Below are positions 48,501 through 62,200 of a stretch of 64,000 nucleotides of DNA, piece by piece. Source of the DNA: Phoronis australis (taxonomy: Eukaryota > Animalia > Phoronida); NCBI GenBank assembly GCA_002633005.1, contig NMRA01000111.1:809191-873190 (forward strand). Reading direction: 5' to 3'. The notes beneath the pieces were generated by a model, which saw only the letters and a list, made by a program, of their open reading frames with translations, ran no database searches and was not told the DNA's origin. The position numbers and the translations under genes were made by a program. Numbering within the stretch: the stretch's first letter is position 1; the number at the start of each line of letters is the position of its first letter.

Positions 48501-51500
48501 GTTTGTACTTTTTGCATGGTTGCCAATATTTCATGTCACTTGATGACCAAAAAGCGGGCTTGATTAATGTCAGTGTATTTACACCTTTCATCGGGGTAAT
48601 TCACTTTAGATTCATGTTCCCTGAATTCAATCGAGACAGTCGTGTCGTGCTTTTTAAACCACTGTTGTCTCAAATTGTTGATATATCAGGTGTATCTAGT
48701 TTACCTATGGTTTGTATGTATATGGAAAGATGACTAACTTGTGTCTTTGCATTTACTAGATTTATAGGTGTAATTAATAGAATGATACATATTTCAGTTC
48801 TTGGTTCTTCCTCTGCCCTTGAAGATTTGCCACCAGATTCCCAAAGCATTGCCAATGAAAGTCACAAAGGTATTGGAACAAATGAAACTGAAGCGCTGAC
48901 CACACATGACAAAACACGGGAGACAGTGTTGCAATCAAGGGGAGTATCTGTAAACTTTGAATTTTCGAAAGGCAAGCAAAATGATGAAAAACCTGACAGT
49001 GACTCAAATGCAGCCATTTTCAAAGAAGATGCTGTGCCAGGAAGTGCGGATGTTAACACAGACAAGGATATGTCTGACCAACCCACAGCAGAGTCCGTTT
49101 CTGACAGTGAATCGGAAGTGCAAAACAAAAAGTCATCTAAGAACAACAAGAGTTCTGTATTCTCATTACAAGATATTATCAATAGCGTAATGACACCTGC
49201 TATCAGTAAAGTCCATGCTGTCTCTCAGGTGACAAATAACAGCTCTGATGTAAATTCATCAGTTGTCTTAAACTCAACTGGCGTCAATGGTACATCCAAG
49301 ATAGAAAAGAACAAATTTTTGTGCATGCCTAGGAATGCTTCTGAAAACATTACTGCATTGGTGAAAATAGTCAACAGTTCTGAGCTAATACAAACATTGA
49401 ACTTCAAAGAAGTGAATTCATCTGGTAACTGTGCCCTGGTTATGTTTTACGCCCCCTGGTGTATGTTTTGTGCGCGCACAGCACCTAGTTACAATGCAGT
49501 GGCAAGAGCTTTCCCACTGTTGATGGTGCTAGCTGTGGATGCCGTCCATTTTAACAGGTACATGTCACCATATCCCATAAAGGGTAGGGCCCTAGCCTTA
49601 GGTAACGCAATATCTTTCTTTTGTTCAGCTAACTGCCTGATACCTCGAAAAATTATGGAGCCATCTTCTTGCCATGGTGCTCATTTGACCTTCAAGTGAG
49701 CAATTTATGTGAATCAAAAAACATTTATTGCTCCAATTGCAAGAGTTGCAGCCAATCGATTGTTTTATCATTTGTGTAATGTACGTAGTATACCCAGGGA
49801 CTATTAAACATACGCTCAAACCACTTGTGATGATGGGTGTAGTCATTTTCAAAAAAGAATTTGGTTGATTTGTCGAAGTCTGTGGCTCCTGCAGATGATT
49901 CTTACTTATATTGTCTGTTGCCGTTCAGTTGTGTCATTGTTAGATGCGTCTGAATTTAATTGACATTTAAGAAGTCAATCACTAATTGAACTCGAATGAA
50001 TGTCCTTCATCAAAAGCAGACTGATGTCAATCTCTTTAGTGCAAACAATTGTTGTCTTAGTAACTTTTATGTTTGACGTCTGATCACTGATATATTACTA
50101 CGCACATTAAAAAGATTATTTGTCTTCGTCAAATACAAAAATAACTGTGGCCATGTTTGGAAGCTTACTAATTGGCATTATGATTTTGGCATCATTCATT
50201 TGTTTTCTGTTTATTTGTTAAAACCATGTTTGATTATTTCTTTCCATTTGATTTATGTAACATGTTTACAGTCTCAATGCAAGGTTTGGCACCGTGTCAG
50301 TTCCCAACATCCTCCTATTCCATAGCTCCAAAGCCGTGGTGAGGTTCAACCAAACTGATCGTAGTTTCCACAACCTTGTAGAGTTTGTTCACAAATATAC
50401 AGGTGAGTAATCTTCATTCATGAGCATGTTGCAGATGGGTACTCGGGATTGACACGTACTGAATTCCAAATCCTTTATTTCTTTGAAGATGCATGTTGTG
50501 CTTTCATTTTGTAAGCTTGGTGCACACTCCAGGGCTGTGTTCTGTAGATACAAGCTATTGTGATTATCACATGTCTCCTTTGTCTTGTGATCTTGCATTA
50601 TCGCTAGGTTTTAGCATCCACTAAAAGCAGCTCAGTGCTTTGATTTTAATGTCAGTGGCTGTCCCAGACACTAGTTTGAACTTTCTTAACCAGTGATTGT
50701 AGGCTGAAATGTTGATTCCCTAGTATTTTGAAATTTGTTAGATTCTTGTGTGTTAACTGCCTTCTGAGACCACCTTTCAAAATTAAACTGCCTGTCGATG
50801 TTTTCTTTATCTTAATCAAGATTTGATGTAACAACAAATTTTATCAAGTTGGCAGCGTTACATCCCTGAATAAATAAAATTGTTTTGCAAAATCCAGATG
50901 ATGGTTAATTTCTGTACAATATATGATAAACTTTTATTAACTAGGGTGACTTAAGAAGATCACTCTAATAATTGAAATAAAACCAGCCATTGGACCTGCA
51001 AAATGTGGTTAATTTGCAATCATGTTTTTATGCTCCCACATATTTGTATGCGGGTGCATATTGCCGTCATCTCTGTCTGGGTGTCCGGCGTCCGCAGCTG
51101 TATCTCCTAAACCCCTTGCAGGATCGTATTGAAATTTGGCAGGTGTGTTCCTATGGGGTTGACGACAGAGGGAGATGAGTTTCGGACCGACCCGAATACC
51201 GCTGTGCCCCTAGTGGCAATTTTAGTTTTTTACGCTTACCTCTATATCTTCGGAAGTCCTCGACGTAGATTCATAAAATTTGGAATTTAGGCATCTGTTA
51301 GTAAAATGAATCTATCCTCTTGTTTTCGGATGGATTCTACCTAATTTGCGCCACCTAGTGGCCATTTTTACTGTTTACGAGTCTGTTTTTTGGCGTCCAC
51401 CCCTCTATCAACCAAACCGCTCGAAGGATGATGATTGTGAAAATTGGCATGTATGTGTTTACTATGAAGAGAACAGTTGACGATGATTTTCCGACAATTT

Positions 51501-52676
51501 TGACTACTGTGGTGCCACCTAGTGGCAGTTTGTTTTTTTGTGCCTATTACTGTATCTCCTAAACGGTTCACAGGATCTCGAAATTTAGTAAGTGTATTTA
51601 TATGAAGATAACAACAGACGACGACTTTCAGGCAGATCCAACGGACACTGTGCCCACTTGTGGCAATTTCATTTTATTCTGTTTTCCTTTGTTTCTCGGA
51701 AGTTCCTTGACAGATTTTTATGAAATATGGCATGTTCTTGTTTTTGGATTAATTGTATGTTTTTGCACCATCTAGTGGCCATTTTTACGATACAGATAAA
51801 CCCTAAAAGCACACCATTTGCAATGAATTTGTGGGTGCATTTCAACGCTCTGCGTTGCTCTTGTGAAATAACAATTCAACTCTCCTGTTTTTCATAGGCA
51901 GAAAAACGTATTGTGTGGATAACCTAGTTTTCAAAAAATAACGGCCACTGACATACTTCTGAGTTGAGTTGGACGAGATTTTCAAAAACTTTTTAATATC
52001 GTATCTGCATTGCAATAGTAGAAATTTGATGGTGTTAAATTGATGAATGGCAAGCTACATTCGGTGTGAAATAGTGATTAGCACAGAAGCAGAGGGGTAA
52101 ATACCACATGATCAGAGAGGGAACTGTGAAATGGCTATTATTTATAATGGGAGACTTTCAAGAAGCAACATGGCGATTGATCACATGGGACAGATACTTG
52201 GGGCCTTTAGAGGACAAGGAGGCAATTTCACTTTCGTTTAAAGCGCATCATGTTAATGATGACATACATGTAGTGAAAGGGTCTTTTCACGAAGTCAAAC
52301 ATGTTCTCTTATGCCAGCCACTGTGGAGAAGTTTCTGCTGATACATCCAGGTGGTAATAAAGAGTCACCAGTCCCACATCGTCAGCTCTCACTGCTTCAT
52401 GAAAGTCTCCTGTTAGAGTATGAATAGCTTGAGCACAAGACCAATGGTTCATTTGTTGTTTCAGGCCTCAAGCCAAATACTTCAATAGACATTTCTGATG
52501 ATGACCTCAAGGGTCCGTTACCCAGTGTACCTAGCGATGACCCGGATAAATGGCTCTTCATATGTTGGCTGTTCATCATAACATTTGGAGGCTGGGTGTT
52601 TGCAAATTCTCAAACAGGACAGAACTTGTGGAGGACTATTACATCCTATGGGCATGAGCATATTCATATTGATTAG
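45588..52676 (+). CDS. TXNDC15: Thioredoxin domain-containing protein 15-like type I membrane protein, about 386 aa, 4 exons
   Basis: Exons 45588-45645 (signal-peptide-like MSRRLNAFVRLFLLVSVLN), 48798-49557 (..LVMFYAPWCMFCARTAPSYNAVARAFP..), 50272-50402 (SLNARFGTVSVPNILLFH..RFNQTDR) and 52465-52676 (GPLPS..transmembrane segment..HEHIHID*). Splice phases are consistent. Confidence 0.92.
45771..46706. mobile_element. Long-TIR (foldback) element with ~275-bp inverted arms in TXNDC15 intron 1
   Basis: 45771-46044 is the reverse complement of 46432-46706; both ends read CCTAGG. Confidence 0.88.
51025..51864 (-). mobile_element. HINE/pearl-like element, same family, reverse orientation
   Basis: Reverse complement of both termini (TTTCAACGCTCTGCGTTGCTCTTGT; terminal hairpin near 51030) and 5 motif-bearing subunits. 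Confidence 0.72.
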
Positions 52677-53294
52677 TTGTGACTGTCTAGCTCAGCCATT
52701 ATATTGAAATGTGGAGTCGGAATTTGTCATTTGTTTAGAGGTTCAGAATGATACTATAAGACAGATCCTGGCTTGAGATTGAACATTGTGATGAAGAAAT
52801 AAGGTCAGACATGACTTGTTCTGTGCACAGTGGTCATGATTCTCAAAAGGATGATTTGTTCTTTGGACAATATTGTCAATTAAAACTCAATCTTCACAAA
52901 AATAGACATGTAGATTCCCATGTTAATGTTTATTTATTTCTATTTATTTAGGGTATAGTTTCTGTGTAACTTACAAATGAGCAATATTTTCTAGACAATT
53001 CACATTGCGAAATACAGTATTCAGGCCTGTTTTCTTAGGGTACATATTCATTTGTCATCCACCTACTGGCCCTCATTGTCTCACCTCATTGCCCGATGCA
53101 TAGTAACTTGCCTAAAATTTCCTACACATTGGTTATGGTTTGACCTTTTCAAATATAACTGTTTCTTGCTTATTTCCAAACCGGTGTTCCTGTATCACAT
53201 GCTTAATGTTGCACTCAAATTCTTAGCATTCTGACCTCTAATCCGTGTGTTAACATGAATATGGCTAAAGGAGTCAGAAAAAGAACACCCTGCG

Positions 53295-53433
53295 CAGTGG
53301 CAGGTTTAGAGGGGGGTCAAGGGGCCGTGGCCCCCCTAAAATTCTCCCAGATTCCATTTGGCAGTTCGGGGGTGTGAAAGTCTGACGGGCAAAATCTTGG
53401 CCCCTCTAACTCAAAATCCTGGATCCGCCCCTG
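53295..53433 (-). mobile_element. Same MITE family, internally deleted, 5-bp TSD CTGCG
   Basis: CAGTGGCAGG..GGATCCGCCCCTG flanked by CTGCG on both sides. Confidence 0.85.
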
Positions 53434-53667
53434 CTGCGGTGGTCCGAGGTTTGTCATCGGTGCAAAAGTTTTCAATAGGTTGAGAAAGTTTTCGTTTAAG
53501 TGGAAGATTGTGTAGAGCTGACTTAAGTTAAAATAACACCACTGAGCAGTTCTTACCATAACCTAGTAGAGCTAAGAGTTTATGAATGACACTTGGTTTT
53601 AGAACTTTAGCCTTCCGAGAAATTCCTAAAGTGGGGTCCCAAGGCACTATTTGGAAAATGTTCCTCC

Positions 53668-55065
53668 TTTTTACGGCCACACTCATGTTTATATGTGGGT
53701 GCATATTGTCATCTCGGTACGGGCGTCTGGCGTCTGTGCGGGCTGTATCTCTTAAAGCCCTTGCAGGATCTTATTGAAATTTAGCTATTGTGTTCCCATG
53801 TGGCTGGCGACGGATGACCACGAGTTTCGGACTAACCAGAGTACCGCTGTGCTCTCTAGTGGGAATTTTAATTCTTTACGTTTGCCTGTGTATCTGCGGA
53901 TCTCCTTGACGAATTTTCATGAAGTTCAGCAAATAGGTTTTTAATACGGAGGTGATGGTGCCATTCCACTTTCGGACGCATTCGATGAATTTAGGCAACC
54001 TTCTGGACATTTTTGTTATTTTTTCGTCCGTTTTTTTGGCGTCCGCCTCTGCCCGCTTCTCAAAGGATCATCTTGAGAATTTACAGATGTGTTCCCGATG
54101 AGAAGGCCATGACTGACTTTCAGACGGGTACGACTACTGTGTTGCCCCCTAGTGGAGATTTTCTTTCTGCGTCTGTAGCCGGATCTCCATAACCCTTTGA
54201 AGAAGCTTTGTCAAATTTGAAAGATGTTTTTCTATGGAGCCATCGACGAACGGTAACGAGTGTCGAGCGGATTCAAGTACCACTGTGCCCCCACTGAATG
54301 GGCAAAATGATTTTTTTTAAGTTTGCCTTTGCATCTCCAGAATTCAGCTTTGTATTTTATGAAATTCGGCAAACAGGTTTCAATTAAGGAGACCACAACC
54401 GGCCTTCCCATTTTCAGACTGATTTGTTTCTTTGCGCCATCTGGTGGACATTTTTGTTATTTTTCGTCTGTTTTGTCCCCCTCCCTATCTGCCATACTGC
54501 TCAAAAGGTCATTATGAGAATTTAGTGACGTGTTTCTGATGAGAAGACTAAGACTGAAGTTGACTTTCGGACGGGTCCGACTACTGTGTCGCTCCCTATA
54601 GGTGATTTAGTTTTTTTACGTCTGAGGCCGAATCTCCTTACCGGGATTTTCTCTAAATACGCACATAAGCGTGTATTTGAAAAGTAAACATTTTGTAACA
54701 CCAAATAAACGCCGGGGCGTGTAAAGGAAAGTCCTAGTTTTGCTGACTTCGATATATCTTACTTAAAATTGTGTTTTTAAATTTTATGTTAATAGATATA
54801 AATCCATAGTTCGCCAACGCCTTGTTCGTTTTTATAATTGATAAATGCTGCACCAAACTGAATTTGTGACAAAAAGTTGACGCAGAGTGGACTTGACCCC
54901 AAAAGTTGTAACACCAAATCGGGTAGTCTTATCTAAGGAAAATCCCGGTAACCTTTTGAAGAAGCTTTGTGAAATTTGAAAAAAAAATTCTATGGAGCCG
55001 ACGACAAACTAAAAAATGTCGAACTAATCCAAATACTACTGTGCCCACTCGTGGCAAATTAGTTG
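53668..55065 (-). mobile_element. HINE/pearl-like element, same family, interrupted by a MITE; partly duplicated at 57709-58565
   Basis: Hairpin terminus near 53670; subunits with GTTGCCCCCTAGTGG and GCGCCATCTGGTGG. Confidence 0.62.
54641..54948. mobile_element. MITE with TA TSD nested in the HINE-like element (duplicate at about 58146-58453)
   Basis: TA|CCGGGATTTTC..GAAAATCCCGG|TA. Confidence 0.75.
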
Positions 55066-55069
55066 TTAA

Positions 55070-55900
55070 ATAGTAGTTAATAAAAGTTCAAGACATCGTA
55101 TACATAACTGAATAATATACAAACGTCTGAGAATATCGAAGGCATTATATTTGCTACACGTACAGAACACTTGACTTCTGATAATTCTTTTAAAACTTAT
55201 TAAAGATGATGCAGATAGATTTGGACTTGTAGATCGAATAGAGTGTTCTATATATAAGCCCCGCTGTAAGTAAATGATTATATTGCATTTCTGGATTTTG
55301 GCAAATTGAAATTGGATGTGCGTGAAACCCTGTGTCATGTAGCGAGTAGCAGTCATAGTAAATTTCATACTTTTAAGTACTTTGTTAGTACAAGACGGCT
55401 ATAACAGTCATTATACATGCGCGCACCCGGGGAGGGCCCCCATTTGTTGGCGAAGTAGGCAAAAAGGTCCGCCTCTGAGAAACAAAAAGTCCGAGAAAAT
55501 GAGACAAAAGTTCACTAAACAAGTACAAACTCGCAATTCACTGTGGTGCCCCCGTGTATTTTTTGTTTTTTTTATTTAGTCCACCCGCTTTTTTTGTTAC
55601 CAAAAGGTCCACAACGTCAGGAATTCGAGCCCCCATGTTGAAGGCTGGGTGCGCGCATGTTTTAGATACAACACGCTGATAGGAATTTACGTCTTGCAGG
55701 TGCTTTCAATATGTCCGTCTCCGTATGGAGGTTTTCAATATTAGTATCTCTACACCAGCTCCCAGAATAACTCGGGCAGTCCTATTTTGGATAATCTGGA
55801 TAATATACATCGTTTTCATATCCTTGTTAGATGCAGTGCCTCGCACTTCGTCTGCCATTTGCCGAACCAATGTGAAAATGCTTCCGATGCCACTATTACA
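55070..55900 (-). mobile_element. CR1/L2-type LINE 3' remnant
   Basis: Decayed RT C-terminal motifs EVRGTASNKD..IQIIQNRTARVILGA and ..SASSLISFKRII. Confidence 0.6.
55416..55659 (+). mobile_element. MITE of the CATGCGCGCACCC family (duplicate at about 58906-59147)
   Basis: Perfect inverted termini CATGCGCGCACCC..GGGTGCGCGCATG; inserted into a LINE remnant. Confidence 0.8.
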
Positions 55901-55906
55901 TACAAT

Positions 55907-57707
55907 CAGGAAGAGATAACCAGGAAGGGACAACTGTTTTAGCGCATTTTAACGGATATTCAAAGGTGATTTCAAAAGTAAATGTTAAAGTCGTTTGGAA
56001 TCCAAGCATTGTGTTTGAAAGCTTAACTCTTTAGCTATAGAAGGACACCACTTTGGTCCCCAAAGACTGCATATTAATGGCACTAGGATGCTTTGAACAT
56101 GACTTGTTTTACCCTTAAAAGATGCCTCTTCCCAGGCATGTAATGATCCTCTTTTTTGAACCAACAGATGTCACTTATATATGCAAATGAGTCTCGCATC
56201 TCCTACGTTATATGACGTCATACGATGTCATACGACGCGAACTTCCAATTTGAACCCTCCGGTGCCTATGGTGAATGACTTGAAACGCAGTTCTACCTGA
56301 TTGGGCAGATCTAAGAAAATTAAGAACTCACACAAGTCAATGTTCTTTGAACATTGACTTGTGAGAACATTGAATGGTTTCACATGAAAATAAATTTAAT
56401 TGTATTTGGATACGCTTGCATATGTGGCATTTAGCTTAAATCCAGATTTAGAAGCAGGAGTTAGAAATTAGCTGCTCCCGCCACGGTGGCAAGTGTCGTG
56501 GCGTCCGCCGAGTCGCTGGGAAGTCCGATCCATGCATGCGCAATTCGACGAACTAATGCTAGTCGCTGGTCAGCTCCGCTATATGATTCATTTGAGACGG
56601 TGCGGCTTAACTCGAACCTATACCCGTGTTCTGGCTCCAAGGTCGTTTTGTTTGACCCAGTTTCGGGAAAAGTTTATTTTAATGCGGTCATTTCCTGAAG
56701 ATTTTTTTGAAAGATATGATCCCGAAATCCTTGGCCTATAGAGCTGTATCAAAATTCATTGTTGAAACACAGCCACTCACTCTGGTCCAGCTTCTGCCGC
56801 CGGGCGGCTGGGGAAAACTATGCTATGGAACGCGTGTCCCAAAAATGCACACACTACAACTCCTGCAGTTCAAGTTCTTTTCCCGTCAATCACTGAGCGC
56901 GGATTCTACACCTTATTTTTAACGTGGGTGCGTCACTGAATCACGACGTGTCCAGCCTTTGCAGTATGCACGGGAATGTCAAGCAAACGATTCGGTTTAG
57001 AAGAACCTAAATTCATTGCACAATACTACTGGGAACTACAAGCATCAAGGAAATGCAAAGACAATCTTTCCAAATTTATGAGCAATGACTTGAACTTCTT
57101 TTTCGATCCGATCTACGGTTTGTAAATTTTTGAATTTCTTTAGTCTAGTTTTTAATTCAATATATTCATGAATATCACTGTTATCGTTTAGAGTCCTTCT
57201 CTGCGATATGGTGGTCTGATGATGGTCCGTCCTTCAGCCTTCAACTAAGTTCAGTGACGCATCGCCATTTCTTACAAGACAGCTTCTGTGCTGTGCACGA
57301 ATGTTTTGTGTTTTTGATGAATTTGAAATCTCAACTTCCCCTCGTGAGTAGTTGGCAGTGTCATGTCGGAGGTGTATAGAGGGCGCAGCACTAAAAAAAG
57401 TGGGGGCTAAAGCCCCCTCAGCCCCCCTGTAGTGCACCGCCTATGGACCACTGAAAAACTTGAACTGAATAAAAGGAGAATGCCACCCGATTTAATTAGT
57501 CTTTTTTGCCTTATTAATCGGCCTACATCCACATCGCCTCGCACACGGTCGACCTTACCTTGCCAAGAGGTGTCGCGTTAACCTGTGAGGAAGGTGAGAA
57601 TGCCGCTATGTTGCGGTGCATCGTTCCCGCTTGTGCGAGCTATGCACATGCAAGGAAAGCGGGTTACTGTTTTTTCGACTTCCTCGAGAGTCCGAAATGT
57701 TTAGGAA
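55907..57707 (+). mobile_element. P-superfamily DNA transposon copy A (5' part, cut by gap N57708) with a THAP-domain start
   Basis: Begins with terminal repeat CAGGAAGAGATAACCAGGAAGGGACAACT after ATACAAT. 57608-57707 reads MLRCIVPACAS..FF[frameshift]RLPRESEMFR, THAP-like. Confidence 0.65.
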
Positions 57708-57708
57708 N

Positions 57709-59296
57709 AGCTTTGTCAAATTTGAAAGATGTTTTTCTATGGAGCCATCGACGAACGGTAACGAGTGTCGAGCGGATTCAAGTACCACTGTGCCCCCACT
57801 GAATGGGCAAAATGATTTTTTTTAAGTTTGCCTTTGCATCTCCAGAATTCAGCTTTGTATTTTATGAAATTCGGCAAACAGGTTTCAATTAAGGAGACCA
57901 CAACCGGCCTTCCCATTTTCAGACTGATTTGTTTCTTTGCGCCATCTGGTGGACATTTTTGTTATTTTTCGTCTGTTTTGTCCCCCTCCCTATCTGCCAT
58001 ACTGCTCAAAAGGTCATTATGAGAATTTAGTGACGTGTTTCTGATGAGAAGACTAAGACTGAAGTTGACTTTCGGACGGGTCCGACTACCGTGTCGCTCC
58101 CTATAGGTGATTTAGTTTTTTTACGTCTGAGGCCGAATCTCCTTACCGGGATTTTCTCTAAATACGCACATAAGCGTGTATTTGAAAAGTAAACATTTTG
58201 TAACACCAAATAAACGCCGGGGCGTGTAAAGGAAAGTCCTAGTTTTGCTGACTTCGATATATCTTACTTAAAATTGTGTTTTTAAATTTTATGTTAATAG
58301 ATATAAATCCATAGTTCGCCAACGCCTTGTTCGTTTTTATAAATGAAAAATGCTGCACCAAACTGAATTTGTGACAAAAAGTTGACGCAGAGTGGACTTG
58401 ACCCCAAAAGTTGTAACACCAAATCGGGTAGGCTTATCTAAGGAAAATCCCGGTAACCTTTTGAAGAAGCTTTGTGAAATTTGAAAAAAAAATTCTGTGG
58501 AGCCGACGACAAACTAACAAATGTCGAACTAATCCAAATACTACTGTGCCCACTCGTGGCAAATTAGTTGTTAAATAATAGTTAATAAAAGTTCAAGACA
58601 TCATATACATATATGAATAATATACAAACGTCTGAGAATATCGAAGGCATTATATTTGCTACACAGAACACTTGACTTCTGATAATTCTTTTAAAACTTA
58701 TTAATGATGATGCAGATAGATTTGGACTTGTAGATCGAAGAGAGTGTTCTATAAATAAGCCCCGCTGTAAGTAAGCATTTCTGGATTTTGGCAAATTGAA
58801 ATTGGATGTGTGTGAAACCCTGTGTTATGTAGCGAGTAGCAGTCATAGTAAATTTCATACTTTTAAGTACTTTGTTAGTACAAGACGGCTATAACAGTCA
58901 TTATACATGCGCGCACCCGGGGAGGGCCCCCATTTGTTGGCGAAGTGGGCAAAAAGGTCCGCCTCTGAGAAACAAAAAGTCCGAGAAAATGAGACAAAAG
59001 TTCACTAAACAAGTACAAACTCGCAATTCACTGTGGTGCCCCCGTGTATTTTTGTTTTTTTCTTTAGTCCACCCGCTTTTTTGTTACCTAAAGGTCCACA
59101 ACGTCAGGAATTCGAGCCCCCCATGTTGAAGGCTGGGTGCGCGCATGTTTTAGATACAACACGCTGATAGGAATTTACGTCTTGCAGGTGCTTTCAATAT
59201 GTCCGTCTCCGCGTATGGAGGTTTTCAATATTAGTATCTCTACACCAGCTCCCAGAATAACCCGGGCAGCCCTATTTTGGATAACCTGGATAATAT
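57709..59296 (+). repeat. Near-identical duplicate of 54204-55806 starting right after N57708 (probable second allele)
   Basis: The same HINE, MITE and LINE mosaic is repeated with few SNPs and indels. Confidence 0.9.
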
Positions 59297-62200
59297 CAGG
59301 AAGAGATAACCAGGAAGGGACAACTAGCTAAACCGCCGTTTTTGGCCTCCTTCTCCGGATTAATTTCAGGACTTACGTTTCGTTTAAAAGGATACAGATG
59401 ATTTTATCAGAGAGATTAAAGCTTTTTCTATAGAAGGATATCAAAAAACTCACTTTGCAACCTTAAACAGTGGTGTAATTGTACTTTGAAAATATCGACT
59501 TCAGCGCACTCACTCGCAACTTCCCACACGCAGTCACGGGTATTTAAGCTTTTCCGTCGATGTATAGATGGCGCAGTAGTCAAGTACTCCCTCATTTGCA
59601 TCAAATTTGCATGTGGGAGTTCTGAGACTCTCGTCAGTTGTTGGTCGAGCCCTTGAGTGAATAAAGCGGTGACCTCCCGCTGAGAGCACGCGCTGATGAA
59701 GATATCACAGCGAACTCGATCGCTTCGCAATCAGGAGGTGAAAACACTCTCATGACCGCGGTTCTGAATTCCAGCTAAGCAAGCCCTATTTCGAGGCACG
59801 GACTTAGAATTGTTTTCGTCCCCTGACAGTGGATTACAGAGAAGATTAGAATGAGGTCAACATCGAACTTTCTGCGGCTACCTATCGTGTTGACAAAAGT
59901 TTGAGGTGTCAGAACCATAGACGGAGCGCGCGGGTTGTCTATGATTCCTGTTCTTCAGTTGACGAAAACATTGCTATCGCCATAAAAAATGACCGTGGAA
60001 AATTCATTTTGAGGTAGATACCTGTATCCAATAATAAATATTAATACTCTGTAATATCTCACCCTCCGCGTTTCGTTTCTTTGAAGTTGTTTGAGGTTGC
60101 GGTATCGTGAAACAACGTCGTCGGGTGAGAGAAGTTGCACCGAATAATTGGAATTGGCTGCAGTTCTTCCTTTAGAATGCCCGGACTCAACTGTACCGTT
60201 TTCTTGGAAAGTCTCTTGCCTGCCGAAATTTTTCTGAGCATTGAAGACATCGACCTTCTCCTGCGCCAAACAACCTTTTGTCTGCTACAGAAATGTTATG
60301 CCTAATTTTCTACCATTTTAGCACACTTTGTGGCTCTGCTACAATTAGCACTGCCATAATCCGAATTTCTTAATTCCGCCACAGTATGCATACTTGGAAG
60401 TTAGTTTTGCTAGGTGTTTTTCAAAATAAAGCCACAACTATTGTTCATCATTAAATGCCTCAAATTCCTCGACGCAATGGACATTTCCGTCAACACAAAA
60501 CGCACCCTTGCCATTCTTAAAAATTCGTGTATATATGCTATAATTGCTTCGAAGGACGGGCAGTAACCGTGGCTGGAATGTCGGCAGCTTCGTGACTAAG
60601 TCTACAACTAACTCCTGTTGAAATTCTCCATACTTCAAAATTCTTGTTTGCAGGTGCTGGTGATTGCCATTCAATGGTTTTCATAATAAGAGACTAAAAA
60701 TCCGAGTTGTCACACACCGGCACGCCCACTGGCCTGGTGCTGCCTTACATTTTCAGTGGCCTCCTTGCAGTCGACTTGCGCTAATAGACGAATTAGTGTC
60801 CACATTTGTGGTCACTTGCCGGGTACAGGCCCATGAGACAAGTTGCAGCAACAAATTCAGTACGAATCCATAAACCTTTTTACACGCACAATTAAATGCG
60901 CACAAATGCTCCTGTATTTCTTAAACCTTTAATTTAATGCTCAAGCTATACAACGAGTGCGTGTTGAAACACAACATTGACCTTGGACCAAAGATGGACT
61001 TCTTGCATCAGGACCTTCGTAAGCGGGGGGAGGGTGAGTCCAACCCCCCAACATTGCATGCCTCAGGGTCAAACCATGGCAACCGACAAAGGTGTGAGAC
61101 TGGGGAAGGACAAAAAAGAAAGTCTTCCAATACTGATCAGAGAGAAAATTCAAGAGAACATTGACAACTCGGTATCAGTGTATGGTTTACCCTTTGAGGG
61201 CCCTGTCCAGGACAATTGTTGTTAGGGTCTCCGTTTTTGCAGCATAGGTCGTCTAAGCGCCCTTGAAAATGTGCACTTAATCATTCATACATGTATTTCG
61301 AAAATTCGAGAAAATTTGTAAAGCAACAGTTTTGCGGAGCGTATTAATGCAGTCCAAGTTTTTCAGTGGTCCATAGGCAGTGCACTACGGGGGNAGGCTT
61401 TAGCTTCCACTTTTTTCAGTTCTGCGCACCTCCGGCATGACACTGCCAACTACTCGAGGGGAAGTTGAGATTCCAAATTCATCAAAGATACAAAACATTC
61501 GTGCACAGCACAGAAGCTGTCTTGTAAGAAATGGCGATGCGTCATTGAACTTAGTTGAAGCCTGATGGCTGACTTGCAAAAATTCGATCCGTCACCAGAC
61601 CACCATATCGCAAAGAAGGACACTAAACGATAACAGTGATATTCATGAATGTCGGGCAGCTCTAAATGCTTTACTAATGAAATTCAAAAATTTACAAACC
61701 GTAGATCGAAAAAGAAGTTCAAGTCATTGCTCATAAATTTGAAAAGAAGTTATCTTTGCACTTCCTTGATGCTTGTAGTTCCCAGTAGTATTGTGCAATG
61801 AATTTAGGTTCTTCTAAACCGAATCGTTTGCTTGCCATTCCCGTGCATACTGCAAAGGCTGGACACGTCCTGACTCAGTGACGCACCCACGTTAAAAATA
61901 AGGTGTAGTCATGCCGCCAGTAGGCTGCCCGCGTAGAATCCGCGCACAGTGATTGACGTGAAAAGAGCTTGAACTGCACCGAGGGGTTGAAGTGTGTCAT
62001 TTTGGGACACCACGTTCATTTTCCCCAGCCGCCCGGCAGAAGCTGGACCAGTGGCCGTGTTTCAACACGGAATTTTGACACAGCAGGCTCTATAGGCCAA
62101 GGATTTCGGGATCATATCTTTCAAAAAAATCTTCAGGAAAGGACCGTATTAAAATGAACTTTTCCCGAAACTGGGTAAAAAAACGACCTTGGAGCCAGAA

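Noticed and set aside
49558-49699. C-terminal tail of the 305-aa TXNDC15 ORF
   Set aside because: It lies after the AG|GTACAT donor at 49557; homology resumes in exon 50272-50402.
59428-61225. Short ORFs inside transposon copy B as an intact transposase
   Set aside because: All frames are interrupted by stops, and I see only weak resemblance (ALQIFS, RFVLTE) to P-type transposase motifs.
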